A stretch of DNA of 32,000 nt from contig NC_009483.1 of assembly GCF_000016745.1 (NCBI RefSeq), positions 60,001-92,000 on the forward strand, written 5' to 3'. The DNA comes from Geotalea uraniireducens Rf4. Lineage in GTDB: Bacteria; Desulfobacterota; Desulfuromonadia; Geobacterales; Geobacteraceae. Shown in pieces: positions 6,502 through 15,185 of the stretch. Under the pieces are notes generated by a model. The model searched no databases, was not told the DNA's origin, and worked only from the letters and a program-made list of their open reading frames with translations. Position 1 is the stretch's first letter. The number at the start of each line of letters is the position of its first letter. Made by a program: the position numbers and the translations under genes.

Positions 6502-9500
6502 ATGTCCCGCTTGTTTGTATTCCTTGCGGCAGTAGCAGCGTTCTTTCTCATGGCTGCGGGCGCCCAGGCCGGCTCTATCCCCGCAGATATGTCGCGATTG
6601 CTTGGCGAGAGCCGTAGCATCGTGTCAGCGATGATCTCCAGGAATGACTCCAGCCAGCCCGCCACAGCCGAACTCTCCCGTCTCTCTGCCCTGAAGGAAG
6701 AGTTGGCCGCCCTGCGTCTCCTCCAGGCCGAGCGCAATGCCACCCTCGACAGCCGTGCCGCCGCACTGGGGGGCAACGCCGCTGACCGTCAGCAATCCGT
6801 ATCCTCGGCACTTCCGCAGGCCCTGGACGATCTGATCAGCCGTCTGGATGTGGTCATTACGAGCGGGGGGAACGACGGCCTTCAGCAGCTCCTCGATGCC
6901 ATCAATCGACTTGTTCCCAAACGTTCCCGCCCGCTTTTGGGAGCACTCCCCTACAAGCACACCAACTATCCCCCCCACGAACCCGCTTCATCACCCGTGG
7001 TCAAGCCCGCGTATAAAGGTGGAGATCACACCGTCTACGCCGCCGATACAGCCGCATCTCCCGAGGCCACCCTGTCGAAGGAGATCGTGGAGCTGGCCCA
7101 GTCTCTGCAGTGGAATCCGGTCCTGATTTACGAATGGGTCAAGAACAACGTGGAGACCGAATGGTATTGGGGGAGCATGAAGGGGGCCGAGGAGACCCTG
7201 CGGCAGAAGAGCGGCAACGACGCCGATCAGGCCAGCCTGCTGGTGGCGCTCTTGCGGGCCGCCAACTTCCCGGCCCGCTACGTCAAGGGGACCATCGATT
7301 TCTTTCCCGACATCGAACGCGCCAGGAACCTGACCGGTCTGGACGATCCGCTTAAGATTGCCGCTTTTTTTCAAAAAGCCGGCATACCTTTCAAGCCGGT
7401 CATTGCCGGTGGAGGAATTACCAACTTTAATATCGAGCACATCTGGGTAGAGGCCTTCATCCCCTACGCCAATTACCGCGGCGCGGTGCTGGACGACCAG
7501 GGCAAGCTCTGGCTCGGGCTGGACACCAGCATCAAACCGCTGGGTTATACCCGTACCCAGGGGGCAGGTGTCCCGGCCGATCTGCTCTCCACTCTGAGAG
7601 ACGACTATTTGAAGGCGACGCAGACGCTCACGCCTCTTGATTATTTCACCGCCAGACTCGACGAGCAGCTCGCATTAAGCCAGCCGGGTATAACATGGAG
7701 CAGCCTCAAGGATACGGCCGTCCTCATCCCGGACGTGCTCAAGATCATTCCCGACAGCATGCAGTTCAATCAGAAAGAGATCACAGGCGAATACCAGTCC
7801 CTGCCGGATGACCTGAAACACAAACTGACCTTCACCGCTACGAACAATGGCAGCGAACTCTTCAGCATTGCTCTCGAAACACACAAACTCTCCAACAGGA
7901 GGCTTGCCCTGCGCGCCGAACCGGAGACCGTCGAGGATCAGAACCTCATCGACTCCTTCGGCGGGCTGGACAATACCCCGGCCTACCTCGTCAGGCTGCG
8001 TCCGGTCCTGACCCTTGACGGCGAGCGCCTGATCGTGGCCCAGGACGGCCTCCCCATGGGGGCCGACTTCACTCTCAATATTGACATCGTCACTCCCAAC
8101 GCTACGGAACGGATCAGTTCCAGCCAGATCATCGGCAACCTGTCCGTGATCGGCGTGGTGGGCCAGAAGGCACGGACTCCTGCCGCCATAAGCGAAAACG
8201 ACGATGCCGAGGCCATCCTGCACAAGGAAGCCATCGGCTACATCGAGCGCTGGAACAGGGCCGAAGACGACCTGTCCGCCCTCATGGGACAGCGCATCTC
8301 CCGCCCCACGGTCACCATCGCCACACTTGGCGGCCAGATGGAGGTGACCACGCTGCTCGACACCCCCCACGACATGCAATGGAAGGGGGTGTACCTGGAC
8401 GCCGGTTACCGGCGGATCGAGAGCGTCGGCAGAAATGGGCAGGAAAAGGAGTTCATGCGGCTGGCCGCATTGCAGGGCTCGATCCTGGAGAACCGCATCT
8501 TCGAAGACGACCTGAAGGTGGATTCGGTTTCCACTGCCAAGCTGCTGCAACAGGCCAAGGCTGGCAATACACCCGTCATTACCGTAGACAAGACGAACGT
8601 GGATGTCATCCTGCCGCAGCTTTTCTTTGACGATGCAGTCAAGGCCGACATCACCAACGCCGTCAACCAGAACCTCACGGTCACCATACCGCAGAACGAA
8701 GTAACCTACCTGGATTGGATCGGCATCGGCTACATCAAGGAAGACGTCAGTAGCGGCGAATCCGGCTGGATGCTTTCCGGGCAGGTGGCCGGGGGGATGA
8801 CAGCGTGGAGCCCTGACCAGTGGGATGCATCGGCAGCAAAAGCCAAGTCCGATGCACTGCGAGCCCCCTTTAGCGGCAAACCGAACACCAATCCCGATGA
8901 AGCGACCTCCATAGTGAAAATACCGATTACCGATCAACAGATAGGGACTGTAGGCCAGCGACCCAGTTCTCGCCTCCAGGTCAAAGTGCTCGACAAGCTC
9001 TTGAAACCGGTCCAAGGCGCATCGGTAACATTCAGCATCAAGGCCGGAGGAGGCACTCTCGGCGACAAGAACGAGACCATCGTCACCATCCAGACCAACC
9101 GCAACGGCATTGCCTCCGTTGCATTGAATCTAGGCCAGAAGACCTCGGACAACCCGGTTTACTGGTTTACGGAAGGGAACACCTACTCCGACCAATACGG
9201 AGCCAACATCATGGATGCCGGACTGGGCAACGGCATAGCCATCGACGCCCCCTTCACCATTTACGGGAAGCCCGGACCGCTGAACAAACTGCGACCGACG
9301 TACGGCGAGACCATGCAGGGCTCCATCCTCTCCTATGTCGGCTTCGTCGGATTGATAGCAGAAGACAGCTACGGCAACCCCATAGCCAACCAGAAAGTGA
9401 CCTTCAAGCTCGGTCAACCGACCGGACCCGGATACTGTGAGAACTATACCTATGACACGACCCCGGCGCTGCTGGTCAAGGAAGGCGACGGCTGCCTGAA

Positions 9501-11754
9501 CACCTTGCCAACTATCAGCGAGGCCAAGGCAACATGCAATAACGCCGCAGCAACCATCACCGACGCAACCAGCGCCAGCGGTCTCTGGGCCGGCGTTATC
9601 CTTGGGGGCGGACCCGACGTCACGTATCCCGTAACCGCCACGACGACCTCGGCAGGCAAAACCTTCACCGCCGAATACACCCCTTCGACCTTTGGCGACT
9701 GCCGCGACCGCACCGCTGAACCAAGCGCTTATCTCGTCGTCACAAGCATAATACCCACCGACATGTACGGCAAGAGAATCAATGCCGCCCGTAGTGGCTC
9801 GACCATCTCCATAATGGCCAAAGAATACCTGATCAAAGAAGGTGAAACTATCGGCGCAGAAGACGCCTGCATCAATAAAATCTGCCCACAAGTAGTTGGC
9901 GACAACACCTACAGCACCACCACCGACCTTGTCGCCCCCGAGGTTGTGTATACCCGCATCTTCCCGACAAACCCGGACGAGCTCTACCCGATCTACCCGC
10001 CCTACGAACAGGTCCCGGCCAACAACCTCGGAAACGGTCTGTTCCAAGGGAACTACACCCTGCAACAGGGCCGTAACAGCATATATATCCAAGGGATCGC
10101 CTCCTACGGCTTCAATCGCTTTAAAAACAGTTGCGCCGGTTGCGCGGAAAAGACCACCACCGAGGTCGTCAAACTGTGGAACTCCGCCAAGGCCATCGAG
10201 GTATATGGAGTTGACATAGCCATCAAACAGCCATTACAGGTCATGCTCGATGGTCAAGGGAGGTCCCGCAATAACCTCAAGATCAGCTATACCATCTATC
10301 CTCTTGAATATCGTGCCATGAACGCCTTTATCCTGCTCTACAAGGTAACAGACCTGCACGGACAGAAGAGCTATGAAGAGATTGACTATATTCCCGTCGA
10401 AAATAAAGGCTCGGGCTTCGGAACTATTGCCCGGGGATACCGATTTGACGACACCCAGAGCTACGCCGTAAAAGTCGTCCTCAACTACGGCAGTTCCGTC
10501 CAGATCATGAGCGATCCGGCGCCGATCACCTTTGTCAAGGGCGCGCTCATCCCCGATTACAACCACGACCGGAAGATCGACCAGGAAGACATCGACAGGG
10601 CAATGAATGGCGATACCTACTACTTCTGGGTGAATGACGATGACGGTAATGGGGATACGGAAGGAACGGGAATCCCGGGGACACGCCCTTATCCGCTGCA
10701 AACGAGCATACCCGGCACCCGTGATCTGGTAGACTGGTTCCCCGTGCAACTCGACATGAAGGGGCTCTTCAATGCCTATCCGCCCGGCGTCTACGACTAT
10801 TTTTTGAGTAACGCCAGCCAGTCGCTTCGCTACGTAAATACCGACCTTGCGCCAAGCGAAAGCGGCACATATCTGACCGATGTCCAGGCAGCCAATGGCC
10901 TGATAGCCAGCCAGGAAATCAAGGCAGTAGCAGCGAATCCGGCCACACCGATCGACCCGTTGTTGATCCAGGCCGTCAGGGACGGCAAGGGAATAATATT
11001 GCTGGAAGCTGTTCTATCGACCAGCAGTTCCTTGAAGCTGCAAATACGCGACCAGGCAGGAGCCCATCGATACGAGATGAGCTTGCCGTTGTCAATCGCG
11101 GGTGTGGAGCAGATGTTCAGGCATAAGAATCTCTCGCAGGATGGAGGAGGGCCAGCCCCCGCAGCCACGGAGGGAGATCGTATCGTACTGCAGAATTTCC
11201 CTTATACCGAGACGAACGACAAACACTTCGTCTTTGTGCACGGATACAACGTTAATCCACAACAGGCCCGAGGCTGGAATGCAGAGATGTTCAAGCGCAT
11301 GTACTGGTCTGGTTCAAAAGCCAACTTTTGGGGTGTGACGTGGTATGGGTGGGATTCACAAAACTTTATGGGACCATGGGATTTTCGCACTGGAAATTAT
11401 CACATCAACGTACAACATGCCTTCAAAACAGCACCTGCATTCAGTGACTTCATTAATCTGCCGCTAGGAGGCAAAGATGTAACAGTGGCAGCTCACAGCC
11501 TGGGTAATATGCTCGTTTCAAGCGCAATAAATGATTGGGGTGCTAACGTTAGCAAGTACTTCTTGGTTAATGCAGCTGTAGCACTCGAAGCATATGGAGA
11601 TGCAGATAAAGACCCCAATATGGTGCATCCCGATTGGAATGACTACGATCAGAGGCTCTTGGCGTCTGAGTGGTACAACTTGTTCTCCGTTTCCGATGGA
11701 AGATCAAAACTTACGTGGCGTAATCGATTTGCAAATCCCTCTGTGCCAATATAA
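6502..11754 (+). CDS. Giant secreted multidomain protein: transglutaminase-like core, invasin/Big_1-like Ig domains and a C-terminal alpha/beta-hydrolase (lipase/esterase-like); 3' end interrupted by IS3-family insertion
   Basis: The ATG at 6502 has AGGAGG 5 nt upstream. The signal peptide is MSRLFVFLAAVAAFFLMAAGAQA. The transglutaminase-fold signature is GNDADQASLLVALLRAANFPARYVKG...EHIWVEAFIP...WLGLDTS. Big_1-like repeats include LQVKVLDKLLKPVQGASVTFSIKAGGGTL. The hydrolase part has FVFVHGYNV and the nucleophile elbow AAHSLGN (Ser codon 11497-11499). The stop at 11752 lies 1 nt before the IS end. Confidence 0.8.
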   Translation: MSRLFVFLAAVAAFFLMAAGAQAGSIPADMSRLLGESRSIVSAMISRNDSSQPATAELSRLSALKEELAALRLLQAERNATLDSRAAALGGNAADRQQSVSSALPQALDDLISRLDVVITSGGNDGLQQLLDAINRLVPKRSRPLLGALPYKHTNYPPHEPASSPVVKPAYKGGDHTVYAADTAASPEATLSKEIVELAQSLQWNPVLIYEWVKNNVETEWYWGSMKGAEETLRQKSGNDADQASLLVALLRAANFPARYVKGTIDFFPDIERARNLTGLDDPLKIAAFFQKAGIPFKPVIAGGGITNFNIEHIWVEAFIPYANYRGAVLDDQGKLWLGLDTSIKPLGYTRTQGAGVPADLLSTLRDDYLKATQTLTPLDYFTARLDEQLALSQPGITWSSLKDTAVLIPDVLKIIPDSMQFNQKEITGEYQSLPDDLKHKLTFTATNNGSELFSIALETHKLSNRRLALRAEPETVEDQNLIDSFGGLDNTPAYLVRLRPVLTLDGERLIVAQDGLPMGADFTLNIDIVTPNATERISSSQIIGNLSVIGVVGQKARTPAAISENDDAEAILHKEAIGYIERWNRAEDDLSALMGQRISRPTVTIATLGGQMEVTTLLDTPHDMQWKGVYLDAGYRRIESVGRNGQEKEFMRLAALQGSILENRIFEDDLKVDSVSTAKLLQQAKAGNTPVITVDKTNVDVILPQLFFDDAVKADITNAVNQNLTVTIPQNEVTYLDWIGIGYIKEDVSSGESGWMLSGQVAGGMTAWSPDQWDASAAKAKSDALRAPFSGKPNTNPDEATSIVKIPITDQQIGTVGQRPSSRLQVKVLDKLLKPVQGASVTFSIKAGGGTLGDKNETIVTIQTNRNGIASVALNLGQKTSDNPVYWFTEGNTYSDQYGANIMDAGLGNGIAIDAPFTIYGKPGPLNKLRPTYGETMQGSILSYVGFVGLIAEDSYGNPIANQKVTFKLGQPTGPGYCENYTYDTTPALLVKEGDGCLNTLPTISEAKATCNNAAATITDATSASGLWAGVILGGGPDVTYPVTATTTSAGKTFTAEYTPSTFGDCRDRTAEPSAYLVVTSIIPTDMYGKRINAARSGSTISIMAKEYLIKEGETIGAEDACINKICPQVVGDNTYSTTTDLVAPEVVYTRIFPTNPDELYPIYPPYEQVPANNLGNGLFQGNYTLQQGRNSIYIQGIASYGFNRFKNSCAGCAEKTTTEVVKLWNSAKAIEVYGVDIAIKQPLQVMLDGQGRSRNNLKISYTIYPLEYRAMNAFILLYKVTDLHGQKSYEEIDYIPVENKGSGFGTIARGYRFDDTQSYAVKVVLNYGSSVQIMSDPAPITFVKGALIPDYNHDRKIDQEDIDRAMNGDTYYFWVNDDDGNGDTEGTGIPGTRPYPLQTSIPGTRDLVDWFPVQLDMKGLFNAYPPGVYDYFLSNASQSLRYVNTDLAPSESGTYLTDVQAANGLIASQEIKAVAANPATPIDPLLIQAVRDGKGIILLEAVLSTSSSLKLQIRDQAGAHRYEMSLPLSIAGVEQMFRHKNLSQDGGGPAPAATEGDRIVLQNFPYTETNDKHFVFVHGYNVNPQQARGWNAEMFKRMYWSGSKANFWGVTWYGWDSQNFMGPWDFRTGNYHINVQHAFKTAPAFSDFINLPLGGKDVTVAAHSLGNMLVSSAINDWGANVSKYFLVNAAVALEAYGDADKDPNMVHPDWNDYDQRLLASEWYNLFSVSDGRSKLTWRNRFANPSVPI

Positions 11755-11810
11755 GTGAGACACTTACCTCCCCTTAAATTACTGTAGAGGGTGGGGAGGA
11801 AAGAAAGGAT

Positions 11811-12314
11811 ATGACCATCAGTAATGTGAAGCGCATCCCGGTAATTGCAGGAGCCCGTAAGGCGAGTGCAATTACCGGGATGGCCCCCGAAGATTTAACT
11901 CGGCAACAGCAGGAATTGACTACCTCACCGCCTGACCCGGAGGTAGCGGAAAAGCCTGTACGCAGGCGTTTCACGGCTAAGTACAAACTTGACATCCTAA
12001 ACCAAGTCGACTCTTGCACCAAGCCCGGTAGCCTGGCAGCGCTATTACGTCGAGAGGGGCTTTATGCTTCCAACCTCAACACCTGGCGCCGCCAGCGGGA
12101 TGAAGGAAGCCTTGCGGCGCTTACGCCCAAGCAGAGGGGCCGTAAAGCGCTAAAGCCCGATCCCATGGCCGTCGAGAACGAGCGACTGCGCAAGGAGATT
12201 ACCCGCCTTGCCAAACGCCTCAAACAGGCCGAGTTGATCATCGATGTCCAAAAAAAAGTCTCGCAGATCCTGGGGATCACCTTGGATACGCCGCCAGAGA
12301 GCGAGAGCGACTGA
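11811..12314 (+). CDS. IS3-family transposase OrfA (HTH / leucine-zipper part)
   Basis: The product is 167 aa. It contains RRRFTAKYKLDIL...LLRREGLYASNLNTWRRQ and a coiled region ENERLRKEITRLAKRLKQAELI. The gene ends in TGATG, which overlaps the orfB ATG. Confidence 0.85.
   Translation: MTISNVKRIPVIAGARKASAITGMAPEDLTRQQQELTTSPPDPEVAEKPVRRRFTAKYKLDILNQVDSCTKPGSLAALLRREGLYASNLNTWRRQRDEGSLAALTPKQRGRKALKPDPMAVENERLRKEITRLAKRLKQAELIIDVQKKVSQILGITLDTPPESESD
12251..12257 (+). promoter_or_regulatory. Programmed -1 ribosomal frameshift slippery heptamer A AAA AAA
   Basis: An A8 run lies at 12250-12257, near the end of orfA. The orfB frame is open from here to the ATG at 12314. This is the canonical IS3-family OrfAB fusion mechanism. 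Confidence 0.7.
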
Positions 12315-13312
12315 TGGAAGCTGTCGAAATACTTGCCCCTGATGTGGGCACCGATCCTGCCTGTAAAGCTCTTGGTGTTTCCCGTGCCGGGCTGTATCGC
12401 AGGCGCGCAATCAGCAAGACAGCGCCGCGTGTACCCCAAAAGCGCCCTGTGCCGCCACGGACCTTGCCATCAGAGGAAAGGCAGGCAGTACTCGATATTC
12501 TGCATTCCGAGCGCTTTCAGGACAAGGCACCCCATGAGGTGTATGCAACGCTTTTGGACGAAGGGGCCTATCACTGCTCGATCCGCACGATGTATCGAAT
12601 TCTCGAAGAAAACGCCGAAGTCAAAGAGCGGAGAAATCAGTTGCGGCATCCCGACTACAAAAAGCCTGAGCTTCTGGCAACGGCCCCAAATCAAGTCTGG
12701 TCGTGGGATATTACCAAATTGATGGGGCCTGCTAAATGGTCCTATTTTTACCTCTATGTGATTCTCGATATCTTCAGCCGCTATGTGGTCGGCTGGATGG
12801 TTGCAACCTGCGAGTCGTCGGAACTGGCCAAACGGCTGTTCAAAGAAACGTGTGAGAAACAAGTCATCCAGAAAGGGCAGTTAACGATCCACGCCGATCG
12901 CGGCTCTTCCATGAAATCCAAGCCGGTAGCTTTTCTGTTTGCTGATCTGGGGATCACTAAAACGCACTCAAGGCCCTATACGAGCGACGACAACCCATAT
13001 TCGGAAGCCCAATTTAAAACGCTGAAATATCAGCCTGATTTCCCGGAAAGATTCGGCAGTATAGAAGACGCAAGATCGTTCTGCCAAACCTTTTTCCCCT
13101 GGTATAACCAGGAACACAAGCATTCCGGCATCAGCCTACTTACACCTGAAGTAGTACATTACGGCAGAGCTGAGGAAGTCATCCGATCAAGGCAAACCGT
13201 GTTGACTGCTGCTTATGCAGCCCATCCTGAACGCTTCGTCAGGAAAATACCATTACATAAACCGTTACCGGAAGCGGCGTGGATCAACCCGCCAAAACCG
13301 GCCACTAGCTAA
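12314..13312 (+). CDS. IS3-family transposase OrfB (rve/DDE integrase core)
   Basis: The product is 332 aa. It contains WSWDITKL...YLYVILDIFSRYVVGW...IHADRGSSMKS...SRPYTSDDNPYSEAQFKTLKY, typical of DDE(35)E IS3 transposases. Confidence 0.9.
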   Translation: MEAVEILAPDVGTDPACKALGVSRAGLYRRRAISKTAPRVPQKRPVPPRTLPSEERQAVLDILHSERFQDKAPHEVYATLLDEGAYHCSIRTMYRILEENAEVKERRNQLRHPDYKKPELLATAPNQVWSWDITKLMGPAKWSYFYLYVILDIFSRYVVGWMVATCESSELAKRLFKETCEKQVIQKGQLTIHADRGSSMKSKPVAFLFADLGITKTHSRPYTSDDNPYSEAQFKTLKYQPDFPERFGSIEDARSFCQTFFPWYNQEHKHSGISLLTPEVVHYGRAEEVIRSRQTVLTAAYAAHPERFVRKIPLHKPLPEAAWINPPKPATS

Positions 13313-13358
13313 AATTCGCTACACTAAATTCGACAGGTAAGTGTCTCAAAGTCATTGA

Positions 13359-14018
13359 CAGATTCCGAATCTTCCGAAAGATAAGCTCTATAACTATTTT
13401 TCATCAGGCGATGAGGTCTTCCAGGTGCATCCAAATACAGATCTTAATGGTGCCCCTGACTTACCTGGCCTGGAAGACTTTAATAGTGGGAAACTGCTCG
13501 ATATTATTCATATTGGCAGATATTCCTGGTCTCTTCAGGAAAAGCTAAAAGGGCGCATGATTGTAGAAGGGTGGACAGGTAGCACGTATGGCGGTTGGGG
13601 ATTCAATTTGAATGATTATGCCAGTGGCCAATGGAAAGACCTGCCCATTTCTGCTTCACTTGCAAATTTGCTTACTCCTGAGCAGCTTAAGCAAAAACCA
13701 TTCTTTAAGATAAGAACAGCTGATATCAACTTGCTGGACCCTGTGAGTGGAAGTCAGTTTGCGCTTGATAACCGTGACAGGCTCTTGGCAGAAGCTATAC
13801 CGGCAAGAACTGGTGCGGCAGGAAGGAATGTAGTAAGTAGTTTTCCTAATAATACTGATATGCAGGTAAAATTTATTAAAACAGTTGGCAGTATTGTTTG
13901 GCCAAGAAAGAGTATTCAATTTAACAATATTTGGCTCCATAGTGATATCAGGGAGATGGCATATCCATATATTTACTCATTGTTCGATCACTTTGTCCTC
14001 AAGGGAGGCTTTAAATGA
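13359..14018 (+). pseudogene. Detached C-terminal part of the alpha/beta-hydrolase domain of the giant protein
   Basis: The frame is open from 13359, 8 nt past the IS3 target duplication. There is no plausible independent start or SD. KLYNYFSSGDEVF (candidate acid Asp codon, 13410-13412) and NIWLHSDIREMAY (candidate His codon, 13938-13940) would complete the triad begun by AHSLGN upstream of the IS. Confidence 0.7.
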
Positions 14019-14977
14019 TAAAATACGGCTCGGTTTGTATCTTGATTATTCTTTTCATGAGTGGCTGTATTTTGAGTAACTATTACATAAATATTGCAAA
14101 AATAACGGTTAAAGTTGTTGATGAACATGGGAAAACTGTTAAAGGGGCAGCTGTAAGTATTGCTTCATTTACTGGAGTCGGTGGGAAAAAAGAAAATTCT
14201 GTAGATGGCTATACCGATGACAATGGCCTATTTACCGCAACTCTGAGTGGAACAAACGAATACTCGTTGACTGCCAGTAAGGATAATTACTATGTAAATG
14301 GATTAGCATATAAGTTCAAAGAAGATAAATTTAAGCGTTGGCAGCCCTGGAATCCTAAAATACAGATAGTACTGTATAAAATCGGCAACCGTGTTCCTAT
14401 GTATGCGCATGACACCGAAGAATCAAAGATTGAAATACCAGTAATAGGAAAGAAGGCTGGTTTTGATTTGATTGAATTCGACTGGGTGCGCCCGTATGGC
14501 AGGGGTGTTCATCCAGATATGATCTTCAAACTTGATAAACAATACACCGATTGGGACAATTTCAAAAGTAAATTAACGGTTTCATTTCCAAATAGGTATG
14601 ACGGGATTCAGTTGATAAAGCAAGAACGCAGCATTGGCAGTGGGCTTAAATTGGCAAGATTTGCTCCTGAAGATGGTTATCAGAATGAAATTACACATTA
14701 TAAAGAAAAGATTCCAAATACGCCTTTGAAAACAAGTTTTAAAGAAGATAACAATTATTTCTTTCGAGTCAGATCTGAAGTGAAGAATGGAAAGCTGGTC
14801 AGGGCCATGTACGGAAAAATTTATGGTGATATTGTCTTCGAGCCAAGAGGTTCAAAGACTGCATCTATTTTGTTCAAATACTTCCTAAATCCTGATTACA
14901 CCAGAAATATGGAGTTTGACCCACAACGAAACCTGTTTACAGGTTTGAGTGATCTTGAACGAAATGGGCTGCAATGA
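14015..14977 (+). CDS. Lipoprotein with N-terminal carboxypeptidase-regulatory-like beta-sandwich; candidate cognate immunity or partner protein
   Basis: The product is 320 aa. The lipobox is MIKYGSVCILIILFMSG|C. ITVKVVDEHGKTVKGAAVSI resembles a CarboxypepD_reg-like motif. The ATG overlaps the upstream stop in ATGA. It is a paralog of 15182..15952. Confidence 0.75.
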   Translation: MIKYGSVCILIILFMSGCILSNYYINIAKITVKVVDEHGKTVKGAAVSIASFTGVGGKKENSVDGYTDDNGLFTATLSGTNEYSLTASKDNYYVNGLAYKFKEDKFKRWQPWNPKIQIVLYKIGNRVPMYAHDTEESKIEIPVIGKKAGFDLIEFDWVRPYGRGVHPDMIFKLDKQYTDWDNFKSKLTVSFPNRYDGIQLIKQERSIGSGLKLARFAPEDGYQNEITHYKEKIPNTPLKTSFKEDNNYFFRVRSEVKNGKLVRAMYGKIYGDIVFEPRGSKTASILFKYFLNPDYTRNMEFDPQRNLFTGLSDLERNGLQ

Positions 14978-14981
14978 CTAG

Positions 14982-15185
14982 TTTAGGCTTTACATGGAGG
15001 CTGGGTCTGGACGCTCTTCACATGGTCGTCACATGAATTACAAAAACAAAAATGGCTGGCCACCTTCAAGAAGTGTGGATAATGAAAGCAAAAAGTGGAA
15101 ACATAGTGATCTTCGCGAGATAGCTTATCCATATGTATTCGGTTTATTTGATAAATTTACCTCTCAAGGGAAGTTGGACAAATGA
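14982..15185 (+). pseudogene. Orphan remnant of a second hydrolase C-terminus
   Basis: GWPPSRSVDNESKKWKHSDLREIAYPYVFGLFDKFTSQGKLDK aligns with the last ~40 aa of 13359..14018 (VWPRKSIQFNNIWLHSDIREMAYPYIYSLFDHFVLKGGFK). The frame opens only at 14982. It has the same ATGA overlap with the following lipoprotein gene. Confidence 0.7.

Larger units (their letters stand above)
11756..13348 (+). mobile_element. IS3-family insertion sequence (1593 bp)
   Basis: The 14-bp perfect terminal inverted repeats are TGAGACACTTACCT and AGGTAAGTGTCTCA, giving TG...CA ends. They are flanked by the 3-bp direct repeat AAG (11753-11755 and 13349-13351). The element carries orfA and orfB in the 0 and -1 frames. Confidence 0.9.

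Noticed and set aside
7675-9015. Long antisense ORFs inside the giant genes (for example 7675..9015 minus 446 aa, 9130..10092 minus 320 aa, 30932..31846 minus 304 aa, 29207..29731 minus)
   Set aside because: They lie fully opposite strongly supported domain-containing frames in GC-rich DNA. Their products are low-complexity Gly/Arg/Asp/Val-rich sequences with no motifs. These are typical shadow ORFs.
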